Shown: positions 18,799 to 29,720 of the stretch, piece by piece
Position numbering within the stretch: position 1 is the first letter of the stretch
Layout: each line of letters starts with the position of its first letter
Assembly: GCF_000315625.1 (NCBI RefSeq)
Contig: NW_005434537.1
Span: forward strand, 94,872 to 158,871
Direction of reading: 5' to 3'
DNA length: 64,000 nt
Source of the DNA: Guillardia theta CCMP2712
Lineage: Eukaryota; Protista; Cryptophyta
Program-made: the position numbers and the translations under genes
Notes under the pieces: model-generated
What the model saw: the letters and a program-made list of their open reading frames with translations, nothing else
Databases searched by the model: none
What the model was told of the DNA's origin: nothing

Positions 18799-19209
18799 CT
18801 ATTCAGAGTCCGAGCACCCATCAAAATCTTTTCTTTTTTTGCAAAGCATTGCGTCTTTATCAGTCTCTAGAGAAGGGGATGATCTCTTTATCTCTATGAT
18901 AAGCCTGCCAGGACCATCATCAAACTCAGTGTAATAATCGATGTACAGGCCATTCCCAATCTCCACTCGATCGTCAACAACGAAATCTCTGGACTTCAAC
19001 CATCGCGTGGCCATGACTTTCATGCTCAGGTATTCCCTATTCATCATGGTAAAGGATGGCTGTATACCCAACAGAGGCTCGATCCGTTCGTCGCGCGAAA
19101 GGCTTATCGGTATGATATGGTCCTTGATTACTGATTCGATGGTATCAAAATCATCCATGGCAATATTAAGACTCATCCTGAAGATTGTCTCGCCACGTGG
19201 TTTATTCAT
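18799..19209 (-). CDS. Hypothetical protein
   Basis: ORF with ATG at 19209 and TATTAAA about 26 nt upstream. Confidence 0.45.
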   Translation of the reverse strand: MNKPRGETIFRMSLNIAMDDFDTIESVIKDHIIPISLSRDERIEPLLGIQPSFTMMNREYLSMKVMATRWLKSRDFVVDDRVEIGNGLYIDYYTEFDDGPGRLIIEIKRSSPSLETDKDAMLCKKRKDFDGCSDSE

Positions 19210-19254
19210 TTCTATCAAAAACACTTGCAAATCTTTTAATACAACGCATGTCCA

Positions 19255-20058
19255 CTAAATTTCCATCCGGTCCTCATGAGATAGGTCCTCCATCTTCTTT
19301 AACTTTCGGATAAGGTTGGATGTCTTGGGGTGGCGGAAAATCAAGGTATGGTTATTCAAATGCCACCATGCATTGACAATAGACAATATGATGAATTCAT
19401 CACTCTTGTCATTGTTGCTCACGTCTCTGAATAAGCCACGGGTTCTGTAGATCTCGGTGAAGCATTGTTTAAGATGGATGGGAATGATATGGAAATAGTA
19501 GTTTCTGAAACTTACGCCATCGCACAAAGACTGCGCATCCCTGTGTCTTGGTAGGATCGACTTTTTCTCCATCAATACATTGAAGAGGCGCTTTACATTC
19601 CTAAGATCTGGAATTGCAACTTCCCCTGGAGCTATGGAGAATGCAATTAACTCGTCCAGTGGAAGTAAGTTTTTTTTCAATGCATGTTGTTGATGTAAAG
19701 TCTCTACACCCCCTGACTGAAAACGATTGCATCTCCTCAACCAATTGGTGCATCGACAGCAGGTTGTAAGACGCTCGTCGCTGTCACAGGTCTTGCAGAG
19801 AGATCGGATACACTCCCAAGTAAACGTGGTACTCAACCAGCTGACATCGAGATTCAAAAGAAATGTCTCGACTCTATGGCTCCTTCTATCCTCCTTGGAA
19901 ACCAAGAGCATGCCACATATGACACATATATCACACGGCTCCACAAAATCAGGGATTAGCCTGATGTCAAGGAACGTCACCTCATCCATGCTCACCCCCT
20001 GCATCTTCGCACAAATCGATTCAAAAATGTAAAAGTTACTTATGAAAGCACCAAGCAC
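19255..20058 (-). CDS. Cys-rich (zinc-binding-like) hypothetical protein
   Basis: CDICVICG, LCKTC and CCRC motifs in a 267-aa ORF. Confidence 0.55.
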   Translation of the reverse strand: MLGAFISNFYIFESICAKMQGVSMDEVTFLDIRLIPDFVEPCDICVICGMLLVSKEDRRSHRVETFLLNLDVSWLSTTFTWECIRSLCKTCDSDERLTTCCRCTNWLRRCNRFQSGGVETLHQQHALKKNLLPLDELIAFSIAPGEVAIPDLRNVKRLFNVLMEKKSILPRHRDAQSLCDGVSFRNYYFHIIPIHLKQCFTEIYRTRGLFRDVSNNDKSDEFIILSIVNAWWHLNNHTLIFRHPKTSNLIRKLKKMEDLSHEDRMEI

Positions 20059-20234
20059 ACCTCAGAATATTGACATTTTTTTTAAAAACTTGACATTGTA
20101 TTTAAGTAAGACTGCCCAGGACTTGGCGTTAAATCGAGTTATAGTAGTATTCGCATTTTCCACACACCAAACAGTTCAATCACTTTGAAAAGTTCGAAAA
20201 CTTTAGTCGTTTTTATTCAGTAGCGCGACCCATC

Positions 20235-22814
20235 ATGTCGATGGAAACCAGGAGCAAGCGATCAACCCCGATTCAGGAGCCTATTGAAACCCTTCAGGGT
20301 CATAGGAGCTCAGGCGTCGCGGGTCAGCTTACTATGGGAGACTCCAGACGCGGCAGACTCAACCCCAAATCGGGTGCAGCGACGTCGAAGGATCAGAAGG
20401 GCAAGTCGGGTTCAGCGACATCGAAGGATCAGAAGGGCAAGTCGGGTGCAGCGACGTCGAAGGATCAGCACCAACCCCCCACCCTTGCAGAAAGGCAAGG
20501 GGGCGTGCGTGGTGGTAGACAGATTAAGGCAAAAGGTTTTCCACCCGTCAAGCCTCAATCCGAAGGCCGTCAACTCGACGCACCTCCAGGACTCAAAAGT
20601 GTCCTTCGCCTTGCAAATAGCACTATGAAAAAGAAGGCTAAAGCCTCTAAGCAGGCTAAAGCCTCTAAGCAGGCTAAAGCGTCTGAGCAGGTTGAAGAGC
20701 CTGAGCAGGTCGAAGAGGCTGAGCAGGTCGAAGAGGCTGAGCAGGTCGAAGAGTCTGAGCAGGCTGCAGCGTCTTCTAGCAACGCACCTGTAGCTCTTAC
20801 TGAGCAGCAGATCGAGGAGCAGAAGAAGGCTGATGCAGAGAAGGCGGCTGCTTTGAAGCAGTTGAAGACTGATCTGATGGCCGAGGCTGTGAAGCTCATC
20901 AGTGTGCAGACTTTGCAGGAAGCAAGGGAAATTCTCCTCAATATCCAGCAGATGGCTCTTCAGCGTGCTGCAACCGACATTGCTGTCAAAATTGATAGCT
21001 TGTCCGATGAAGACAAGGCGAAGGCATTTAGCAGCATCCAACGAAGAATCAACTTCTTGTCCAACAAACCACGCACTCCTAGGAAGGGGCGCGAAGCGGC
21101 AGGGGGTGGAGACAATGAGCGCAGAGTTGCAAAGAGGAAGATCGTGGCTAGGAAGGACTCCGACCATTCGGAACCGGCCGCTCATCGCGTCGTCGTTCGT
21201 TTTGACTCTGAGTTTATTACGATCAAAGAAGATGGAAAGGCACTTGGGTTCAAGCAAAATGGGATCAACGTGCTCTCGCACTGCTTGAATAAGGACAGTG
21301 TCTCCATCCTCAGGCTTCTTGTATTGTCCATGCTGAAGAGAACCGTCTACGCGAATTTCAAAATTCCCTTGAGTTATTTTTCACCAGAGGATGGGGACTT
21401 CACTCCTGCTATCAAGGCTGTCGCAAAACCCCTTATTGAGGGTGGGGAAGCAAAGACTTTCCTTAGACTCGAGTATAACCTCAACAACCTGTACATCACT
21501 CTGCAGCCTCTCGACTTCAAGGTCTTCCATATGTCTACCCTGGTCAATCGTGAGATGATCAAGGCCAGTGATGAGGTGTGGGAAAAAGCTCTTGAACTTC
21601 AGGGGGATGACAATGATGCAGTGGCTGATGCATCCACCGATAAGTCGAAGAGGCGACTGGGGAAGCCTGTAGCGGAAGGGAATGTCACGCTTTACAACTT
21701 TATCAAGGCGGCCCTCCCTAACCTTAGGTACGAAAAGAGACCGTCCGCCCCCTGCATGATGTGCATGATCGTCAACTCGATGATTTCCGTCAATGTTGAC
21801 AATGTAAACAGACATCGCCAGGCATGGTGCTGCTGCAATCAGACGGACTTGGCTGTCTTGAGGTGTCCTTTCAAGGACACAACCATCAACTTCACCATCT
21901 GCACCCATTACATCACCCTTCTTCACACGGAGAAGTGCGATAACAACGGTGTTATTACCTGGTGGGAGAATGAGAACCTTCTTCAGACGCTTATCGAAGA
22001 TTTCCTTCTTATGGACGGACCCGAATCCGACATGCTGTACGCAAGCAACAGCTTTGTCCCTGTCAGGGCTGAAATCACCGATTGTAACTGCAACCAACGG
22101 TGGATCAAGTTCAACCCCGAGAAACGGGCCAACAAGGAAGGAAAGCTCAAAAATCTTGTGGCTAGATCCAATCTGCTTCAGCCATTCGAGGAGAAGGACG
22201 GCGACAAGCACGGTGAGCTCAATAAGTTGTTCAACCAATACTTGGTGTCCTTATTGAAGAACCCGAAGGGCATGACCAGAAACCCCGTCATGGCCAACAA
22301 GAACAAGAACAAGGGAGGTCCAAGGCCGGAGGTGCAGGAGAAGGAGATCCGCTCCGAGCAAGATATCCCCAAGCCCCCCCGGAAGAAGCAGAGGAGGATC
22401 GATTTTTCTTCTGCTCTTGCTGTTGCTGCTTCTGCTGTTGCTGCTTCTGCTGTTGCTGCTTCTGCTTCTGCTTCTGCTTCTGCTGATCATGCTTCTGCTG
22501 ATCATGCTGCTGCTATCGCTGAAGAGAAGAAGCGTGCCGATGAGGCACAGGCAGAAAACGCAAGGTTGAAAGCTATGCTTGACCAGCTCAAGGCTCAGAT
22601 TGCCGCGTCTGCGGATGGACCTGTGTCTGGACCTGTGTCTGGACCTGTGTCTGGAGCTGTGGTTGAGGCTGATGCTGCTTCTGCTGCTGAGCCTGTGGCT
22701 GCTGAGCCTGTGGCTAATGCCGAGGCTGAGGCTAATGCCGAGGCTGAGGCTAGCCGTTCGTCTAGGAAGCGTAAGGCGGATCTTCGCGATGTGCCTAAGA
22801 ATCCCAAGGAGTAA
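20235..22814 (+). CDS. Large protein with low-complexity repeats at both ends
   Basis: 859-aa ORF with internal peptide repeats (KSGAATSKDQ x3, KASKQA, EQVEEA, AVAAS, GPVS) and a Cys-rich central domain. Confidence 0.7.
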   Translation: MSMETRSKRSTPIQEPIETLQGHRSSGVAGQLTMGDSRRGRLNPKSGAATSKDQKGKSGSATSKDQKGKSGAATSKDQHQPPTLAERQGGVRGGRQIKAKGFPPVKPQSEGRQLDAPPGLKSVLRLANSTMKKKAKASKQAKASKQAKASEQVEEPEQVEEAEQVEEAEQVEESEQAAASSSNAPVALTEQQIEEQKKADAEKAAALKQLKTDLMAEAVKLISVQTLQEAREILLNIQQMALQRAATDIAVKIDSLSDEDKAKAFSSIQRRINFLSNKPRTPRKGREAAGGGDNERRVAKRKIVARKDSDHSEPAAHRVVVRFDSEFITIKEDGKALGFKQNGINVLSHCLNKDSVSILRLLVLSMLKRTVYANFKIPLSYFSPEDGDFTPAIKAVAKPLIEGGEAKTFLRLEYNLNNLYITLQPLDFKVFHMSTLVNREMIKASDEVWEKALELQGDDNDAVADASTDKSKRRLGKPVAEGNVTLYNFIKAALPNLRYEKRPSAPCMMCMIVNSMISVNVDNVNRHRQAWCCCNQTDLAVLRCPFKDTTINFTICTHYITLLHTEKCDNNGVITWWENENLLQTLIEDFLLMDGPESDMLYASNSFVPVRAEITDCNCNQRWIKFNPEKRANKEGKLKNLVARSNLLQPFEEKDGDKHGELNKLFNQYLVSLLKNPKGMTRNPVMANKNKNKGGPRPEVQEKEIRSEQDIPKPPRKKQRRIDFSSALAVAASAVAASAVAASASASASADHASADHAAAIAEEKKRADEAQAENARLKAMLDQLKAQIAASADGPVSGPVSGPVSGAVVEADAASAAEPVAAEPVANAEAEANAEAEASRSSRKRKADLRDVPKNPKE

Positions 22815-22920
22815 GTGGTTAGTTTAACCTACTGAAACCACATATAATTTCGACTTTGAATTTCGAATAAACTACTATATACAACTAATCTGATGTCACG
22901 GCCGGTAGCATAATTGACCG

Positions 22921-23540
22921 TTAAAAGGAAGAATGAGTGATTTTAAAGGGTTGTAGATCAATTCCTACGGCTTAGCTTGATTCCCATAGGGTTAGATTCA
23001 ATGTGGGCCTCAAGGTTTTAAATCCCGAGTTGATCGGCTTACAAGCCGGCTGACTGAGTAGTCTGCACGTGGTCGGTAGAATAAGTGATTGAAAAAAGAG
23101 ACAATGAGTGGTTTTAAAGGGTTGTAGATCAATTCCCACGGCTTAGCTTGATTCCCATAGGGTTAGATTCAATGTGGGCCTTAAGGTTTTAAATCCCGAG
23201 CCGATCGGCTTACAAGCCGGCTGACTGAGTAGTCTGCACGTGGTCGGTAGAATAAGTGATTGAAAAAAGAGACAATGAGTGGTTTTAAAGGGTTGTAGAT
23301 CAATTCCTACGGCTTAGCTTGATTCCCATAGGGTTAGATTGGATGTGGGCCTTAAGGTTTTAAATCCCGAGTCGATCGGCTTACAGGCCGGCTGACTGAG
23401 TAGTCTGAACGCAGGTGGATGAATAAGTTATTGAAAAAAGGAAGAATGAGTGATTTTAAAGGGTTGTAGATCAATTCCTACGGCTTATCTTGATTCCCAT
23501 AGGGTTAGATTGGATGTGGGCCTTAAGGTTTTAAATCCCG
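22921..23540. repeat. 171-bp tandem repeat, about 3.6 copies
   Basis: AATGAGTG...GGGTTGTAGATCAATTCC recurs at 22932, 23103, 23274 and 23445. Confidence 0.9.
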
Positions 23541-23719
23541 GAACTGCACCGGGTGGTCGCTTATTGCGGCAATGTCCGTTCTACCTTCTTGGTCAGCACA
23601 TATAGTGTACTGGGGTAAATTTCGTCGTGGAACCCTGCAGACTCACAAGAGCCTAGCTCTAAGAAATATATATCGATGGTCCTGCTCTCGTGGGGGCAGT
23701 GCTGGTTGAAATTTCCTAG

Positions 23720-24614
23720 TTGTCTCGGTCACGTGATGTGTCACGTGACCGGTCAGGTGAGCCTGTCAGCCGGGTCACGGACCCTGTCAGCCGGCTGACA
23801 TGTCACGGGCCTGCTGACACGGTCCGCTGACCGGTCACGGCCGCCCGGAGAGATCAGGCCCCCGGCCAATCTCCGGACACTTAGCCTCCTGGCGGGCCTC
23901 CAGGGGGTCTGAGGCGGGGCTGAAGGCTGCAGTCGGTCTACTGACGGGCCCGGCCGGCAGGATCCGTCGAGAAACAGGGGGGTCAAGGGAGGTTTTCTTC
24001 CCCCTGGGAGAAAATTTTTGGGATCTGCGATATAAAAAAGTCTTGTCTCGGTCACGTGATGTGTCACGTGACCGGTCAGGTGAGCCTGTCAGCCGGGTCA
24101 CGGACCCTGTCAGCCGGCTGACATGTCACGGGCCTGCTGACACGGTCCGCTGACCGGTCACGGCCGCCCGGAGAGATCAGGCCCCCGGCCAATCTCCGGA
24201 CACTTAGCCTCCTGGCGGGCCTCCAGGGGGGCTGAGGCGGGGCTGAAGGCTGCAGTCGGTCTACTGACGGGCCCGGCCGGCAGGATCCGTCGAGAAACAG
24301 GGGGGTCAAGGGAGGTTTTCTTCCCCCTGGGAGAAAATTTTTGGGATCTGCGATATAAAAAAGTCTTGTCTCGGTCACGTGATGTGTCACGTGACCGGTC
24401 AGGTGAGCCTGTCAGCCGGGTCACGGACCCTGTCAGCCGGCTGACATGTCACGGGCCTGCTGACACGGTCCGCTGACCGGTCACGGCCGCCCGGAGAGAT
24501 CAGGCCCCCGGCCAATCTCCGGACACTTAGCCTCCTGGCGGGCCTCCAGGGGGTCTGAGGCGGGGCTGAAGGCTGCAGTCGGTCTACTGACGGGCCCGGC
24601 CGGCAGGATCCGTC
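23720..24614 (+). repeat. GC-rich satellite block 1 (323-bp units)
   Basis: Near-identical units containing GGTCACGTGATGTGTCACGTGACC. Confidence 0.95.
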
Positions 24615-27376
24615 CATAGCGTTGTTGGGTCAAGGAACTTGCTGACAATTGGGATTTGTACCAGATCCAGGCATTTTCCAGTACAAACATGTGTGTGAGT
24701 AAAAAATCGAAGGATTGGAAGGTTTGAAAATCCATTTCCAGCGCTGCACGTTCAACGGCAACCTGGGGTAATTGAGAGCTTAGATAAGTAAACAGTTGTT
24801 CCTATTGCCTTTGCATAGGATCACTTAGGCCCTTGTATAGTGGAGTAATGATTTGTACCAGAACCTGATGGGTAGGCGTGGTAGTATTTCAAATGATTCG
24901 AACCCAACGGACGCGACAGGGGGGTGGGGGGTACAGGTCTTGGTCTGGTACTGTAATGGGTACCTTTTAAAATACATTTAGCAGAGGGTGTCTCCCTCCC
25001 CATCTCCCTGCCCTCCGCACTTGCGCATCCCTATCCTTCCCTGTCCATGAGTCTCAGACTCTCGTCAGACCTTCCCTGATGACCCTCAACTTTCTTTGAA
25101 GCTTCTGTCTGCCTTGTCCTTCCTCAACTTGCTGGAAATTCAAACTCTGAAACCATGCCCATGAGTTGACAAGCACTGAGTTTCTCAGTTTGAATGCGGA
25201 AGGAAAGATGATTCATGGAATGAAACTCAGTGATTCATATTTCAAGCTGATGGATACGAGTCGTATAGCACTGGCAAATGACTGTCATTTTACTTCTCAA
25301 TGATACAGCATCAAGAACTTGCTCTCGATCCATCAGTACTTGCAAAGGGTCATTTTTCAGACAGAACTTCGAGTTCATCTTTGTTTTGCGTCGATCCACA
25401 CGATGACATCTGTTTGATACACTATGTTTGATGAATAGCAAGAAAGAAAGGCTGAACTGTGCACCGCTTGACTGAATTTTCTACAATACTCTTCAATTGT
25501 GTAAGAGAGCATGTCACATGTAATCATACCAGGCAAACAAGTCACAGTATCGCTCCAAACCGCGTTGAGCTTGAAACTGAGGCTCTACATGAAGATGTTA
25601 TCGGACTAGTCGAATGATGTACAACTTTATGGTGATACGTGGTTTAGAACTGTTGCAAAGCGGACATGGGAATATGTAGCGGCCTAGGTGATGTTTTCAA
25701 CGTACTTCAATAAAACAAAGCCAAGTTGTTGCTAACAACATCATCATTTCTCCATGAGCCTGCATGACCTGATGAACATGTTAGAGAAGTCGATGCTCAT
25801 TCATCAAAAGAGTGGTTAGACAAGAAATTGGTAGATACTTCTGCGCAGCATTCTTGTGTATGTGGAATCGTGCACACTCACCGTCGTGTGGAAGTGTTTG
25901 CACATTCTTCTGCGCAAGTCTCATACATTGTCCTTATCATCTGGAATGGTTGACTTTCGCTGCAAGTAATATGAGCAGCGCAAAGTTGGCAAACTTATCC
26001 ATTGCAGCCAGCATAGCACCTTAGCGCTTTGTTCCACTTATCGCTTGGTTCCAAACAATTGATGATATCGCAGCATGCAACTCGCATTGGCCCAAGGGTG
26101 TCAAGCGAGGAAAAGATCAGGATGATGGAAGGGCGAGAATGCAGCGAATAGAAGCTGGTCAGGCTCAGTTTACTTTGTGTAAGAAAATGCCAATGCTTTG
26201 TACATGTTAGGTTACAAAGAAAGAGGCAAGAAAGCTCTGGTATGAGACTCGAGAAGAAAGATATATTCAAAAGGGTATGTCCATTTTCGCCTGCATGATT
26301 CAATCGGATCCAACATCAATTAACTGCTCCTGATACCATGTCAGTCTAGTCACAACAAAGATATCAGCACCTTGAAAATTTCTTGCTTCGACTCGAGGTG
26401 AAGGAAATGAAATATGATTTACAATGCTATAAGGGGTATCGTTTTGTCGCTCAAAGCGTCTTGATTGTAAGTCATGAAATAGAACACGACATGCAATCAA
26501 TTTGCAAGTCATGCCTTCATGTGGTACCTCATCACTGCCATTTGATGAATGCACTGGTATTCCTTGAAACTCTTTACATGCCTTGGCAATACTCTTGCAT
26601 CTTGCTCAGACCGCCCTCAAGCCCGACTCTTTGCAGCAGATTCCTATGAAATAAGTATAGATCATGCTGTCTCCGTGACATGCTTCATGACTTCCTACTT
26701 ATTGCTCATGAGAGTCAATGTCATCCATCGTACAGCGCCACTAGCGGACGGTCCGTGCGGAGTACTCCTTATTCAAGCTGCTAAAATCTATGATGATCAA
26801 CCCTCTTTACATGTGTTTGCAATCACAGAGATGTTTTCAGACTGCTGCGCTCACACCAGATTCTGCAGGGATTGCCTCTGCTTGTCCTGGTCTGAGCTCT
26901 CCTGCTGCAGATGAGTCACGTCTGCGTAACATTCACTTGCTAACCTTGGATATGCAACCAGGGAAGGGAAGGGGCAAGGCTTGAGAGCTCCCTCTGATCT
27001 ACAAGGGTGGTCTATGTTGGTCGGAGGCAGGGTAGGGTCCAAAACTTGACCCCATCGGAGAAGGGACTTTCACTGGGAAACAGGTGGGTCCAAAGCATCA
27101 TAGTTTGAACAGGGGAGGTACCACATAAACTATTTTGGTACAAGTTTTCCTAACAGTACTCGAATATGTACCATAAAATTGGTACTGTTGGTACAATTAT
27201 TTGCTACCAGGAAGTACCCTACCCCCTTAAACAGGTCCCAACCAATTTGAATCAGCTCCCAGCCGTCTGACCCACCCCAGACCCCAACTGCCATTTGCTA
27301 TTCACATGTGTGGAAGGATACCCCCACAGAAAACTATTGGAAACCAGAGGGGTCAGTTAAGAGCGACAACGCTATG
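24615..27376. mobile_element. Non-autonomous or decayed TIR DNA transposon inserted in the satellite
   Basis: 11-bp TIRs CATAGCGTTGT / ACAACGCTATG. The satellite resumes in register (GTC|...|CGAG) with only one C duplicated. GTAC-rich subterminal regions; decayed minus-strand coding remnants. Confidence 0.75.
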
Positions 27377-29230
27377 CGAGAAACAGGGGGGTCAAGGGAG
27401 GTTTTCTTCCCCCTGGGAGAAATGTCCTATGGGTTTTTGGATCTGCGATATAAAAAAGTCTTGTCTCGGTCACGTGATGTGTCACGTGACCGGTCAGGTG
27501 AGCCTGTCAGCCGGGTCACGGCCCCTGTCAGCCGGCTGACATGTCACGGGCCTGCTGACACGGTCCGCTGACCGGTCACGGCCGCCCGGAGAGATCAGGC
27601 CCCCGGCCAATCTCCGGACACTTAGCCTCCTGGCGGGCCTCCAGGGGGTCTGAGGCGGGGCTGAAGGCTGCAGTCGGTCTACTGACGGCCGGCAGGATCC
27701 GTCGAGAAACAGGAGATCAGACCCCCGGCCAATCTCCGGACACTTAGCCTCCTGGCGGGCCTCCAGGGGGTCTGAGGCGGGGCTGAAGGCTGCAGTCGGT
27801 CTACTGACGGGCCCGGCCGGCAGGATCCGTCGAGAAACAGGGGGGTCAAGGGAGGTTTTCTTCCCCCTGGGAGAAAATTTTTGGGATCTGCGATATAAAA
27901 AAGTCTTGTCTCGGTCACGTGATGTGTCACGTGACCGGTCAGGTGAGCCTGTCAGCCGGGTCACGGCCCCTGTCAGCTGGCTGACATGTCACGGGCCTGC
28001 TGACACGGTCCGCTGACCGGTCACGGCCGCCCGGAGAGATCAGGCCCCCGGCCAATCTCCGGACACTTAGCCTCCTGGCGGGCCTCCAGGGGGTCTGAGG
28101 CGGGGCTGAAGGCTGCAGTCGGTCTACTGACGGGCCCGGCCGGCAGGATCCGTCGAGAAACAGGGGGGTCAAGGGAGGTTTTCTTCCCCCTGGGAGAAAT
28201 GTCCTATGGGTTTTTGGATCTGCGATATAAAAAAGTCTTGTCTCGGTCACGTGATGTGTCACGTGACCGGTCAGGTGAGCCTGTCAGCCGGGTCACGGCC
28301 CCTGTCAGCCGGCTGACATGTCACGGGCCTGCTGACACGGTCCGCTGACCGGTCACGGCCGCCCGGAGAGATCAGGCCCCCGGCCAATCTCCGGACACTT
28401 AGCCTCCTGGCGGGCCTCCAGGGGGTCTGAGGCGGGGCTGAAGGCTGCAGTCGGTCTACTGACGGGCCCGGCCGGCAGGATCCGTCGAGAAACAGGGGGG
28501 TCAAGGGAGTGCGATATAAAAAAGTCTTGTCTCGGTCACGTGATGTGTCACGTGACCGGTCAGGTGAGCCTGTCAGCCGGGTCACGGCCCCTGTCAGCCG
28601 GCTGACATGTCACGGGCCTGCTGACACGGTCCGCTGACCGGTCACGGCCGCCCGGAGAGATCAGGCCCCCGGCCAATCTCCGGACACTTAGCCTCCTGGC
28701 GGGCCTCCAGGGGGTCTGAGGCGGGGCTGAAGGCTGCAGTCGGTCTACTGACGGGCCCGGCCGGCAGGATCCGTCGAGAAACAGGGGGGTCAAGGGAGGT
28801 TTTCTTCCCCCTGGGAGAAAATTTTGGGATCTGCGATATAAAAAAGTCTTGTCTCGGTCACGTGATGTGTCACGTGACCGGTCAGGTGAGCCTGTCAGCC
28901 GGGTCACGGCCCCTGTCAGCCGGCTGACATGTCACGGGCCTGCTGACACGGTCCGCTGACCGGTCACGGCCGCCCGGAGAGATCAGGCCCCCGGCCAATC
29001 TCCGGACACTTAGCCTCCTGGCGGGCCTCCAGGGGGTCTGAGGCGGGGCTGAAGGCTGCAGTCGGTCTACTGACGGGCCCGGCCGGCAGGATCCGTCGAG
29101 AAACAGGGGGGTCAAGGGAGGTTTTCTTCCCCCTGGGAGAAAATTTTGGGATCTGCGATATAAAAAAGTCTTGTCTCGGTCACGTGATGTGTCACGTGAC
29201 CGGTCAGGTGAGCCTGTCAGCCGGGTCACG
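27377..29230 (+). repeat. GC-rich satellite block 2 (323- and 332-bp variants, some internally deleted)
   Basis: Same unit as block 1; variants GAGAAAATTTTTGGG and GAGAAATGTCCTATGGGTTTTTGG. Confidence 0.95.
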
Positions 29231-29720
29231 TATTGGAATCAATTCCTGACTCCTAGAGTCTGTGCACAGATGAATGACTAGTAGAACAGCTCAACAGCTG
29301 ACTGATAAGTCCAAAGACCAAGACTCACAGATGATGTGCGCACGAAGACACCAATGACTTTCACAGCCAACCAAACACCTCAGATAACTCAGATCAACTT
29401 CCCAACAATCCCCAGCACTTTATTCCCAACACTCGTAGCAGCAAGACCAACCAAACAGCTTCCCTTCACACACCACCGCCTTACTTCCACCACTGTACGA
29501 GTGCTGCCTCTTCGACAGCCGGCGCCTCTTGATTCCTCCGGCGCCGCCTCAGCTTCCCCAGGCTCCAACCAACCGGATCTTCTAAGTCACAGACTAAGCT
29601 CCAGCCCACTAGCTTGGACCTGCAGGCTTCACTTGGTTCACAACCTGATTAGACGCATCCCTTGAACTTATCGCGTCTGAAAGAACTTCTGAGAGGTTTG
29701 TCAGAACCTGAGTTCTTACA
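29231..29720 (-). repeat. Copia 3' LTR (TG...TA termini)
   Basis: Direct repeat of 43924-44413, apparently identical. Confidence 0.93.

Larger units (their letters stand above)
1..22814. mobile_element. Endogenous viral segment 1, mirusvirus-like (Mirusviricota/Duplodnaviria); mosaic, runs off the left edge
   Basis: Densely packed, nearly intron-free ORFs with short AT-rich spacers. Contains a herpes-type terminase ATPase (PRRFGKT), a heliorhodopsin, a TBP-like protein and a DEDDy exonuclease. No NCLDV capsid or packaging ATPase recognised. Confidence 0.75.

Noticed and set aside
22921-23540. Primate alpha satellite (same 171-bp period)
   Set aside because: Only the length matches; no recognisable alpha-satellite sequence or CENP-B box.
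23720-29230. CRISPR array
   Set aside because: Units are over 300 bp, head-to-tail with no regular unique spacers; there are no cas genes and the context is eukaryotic.
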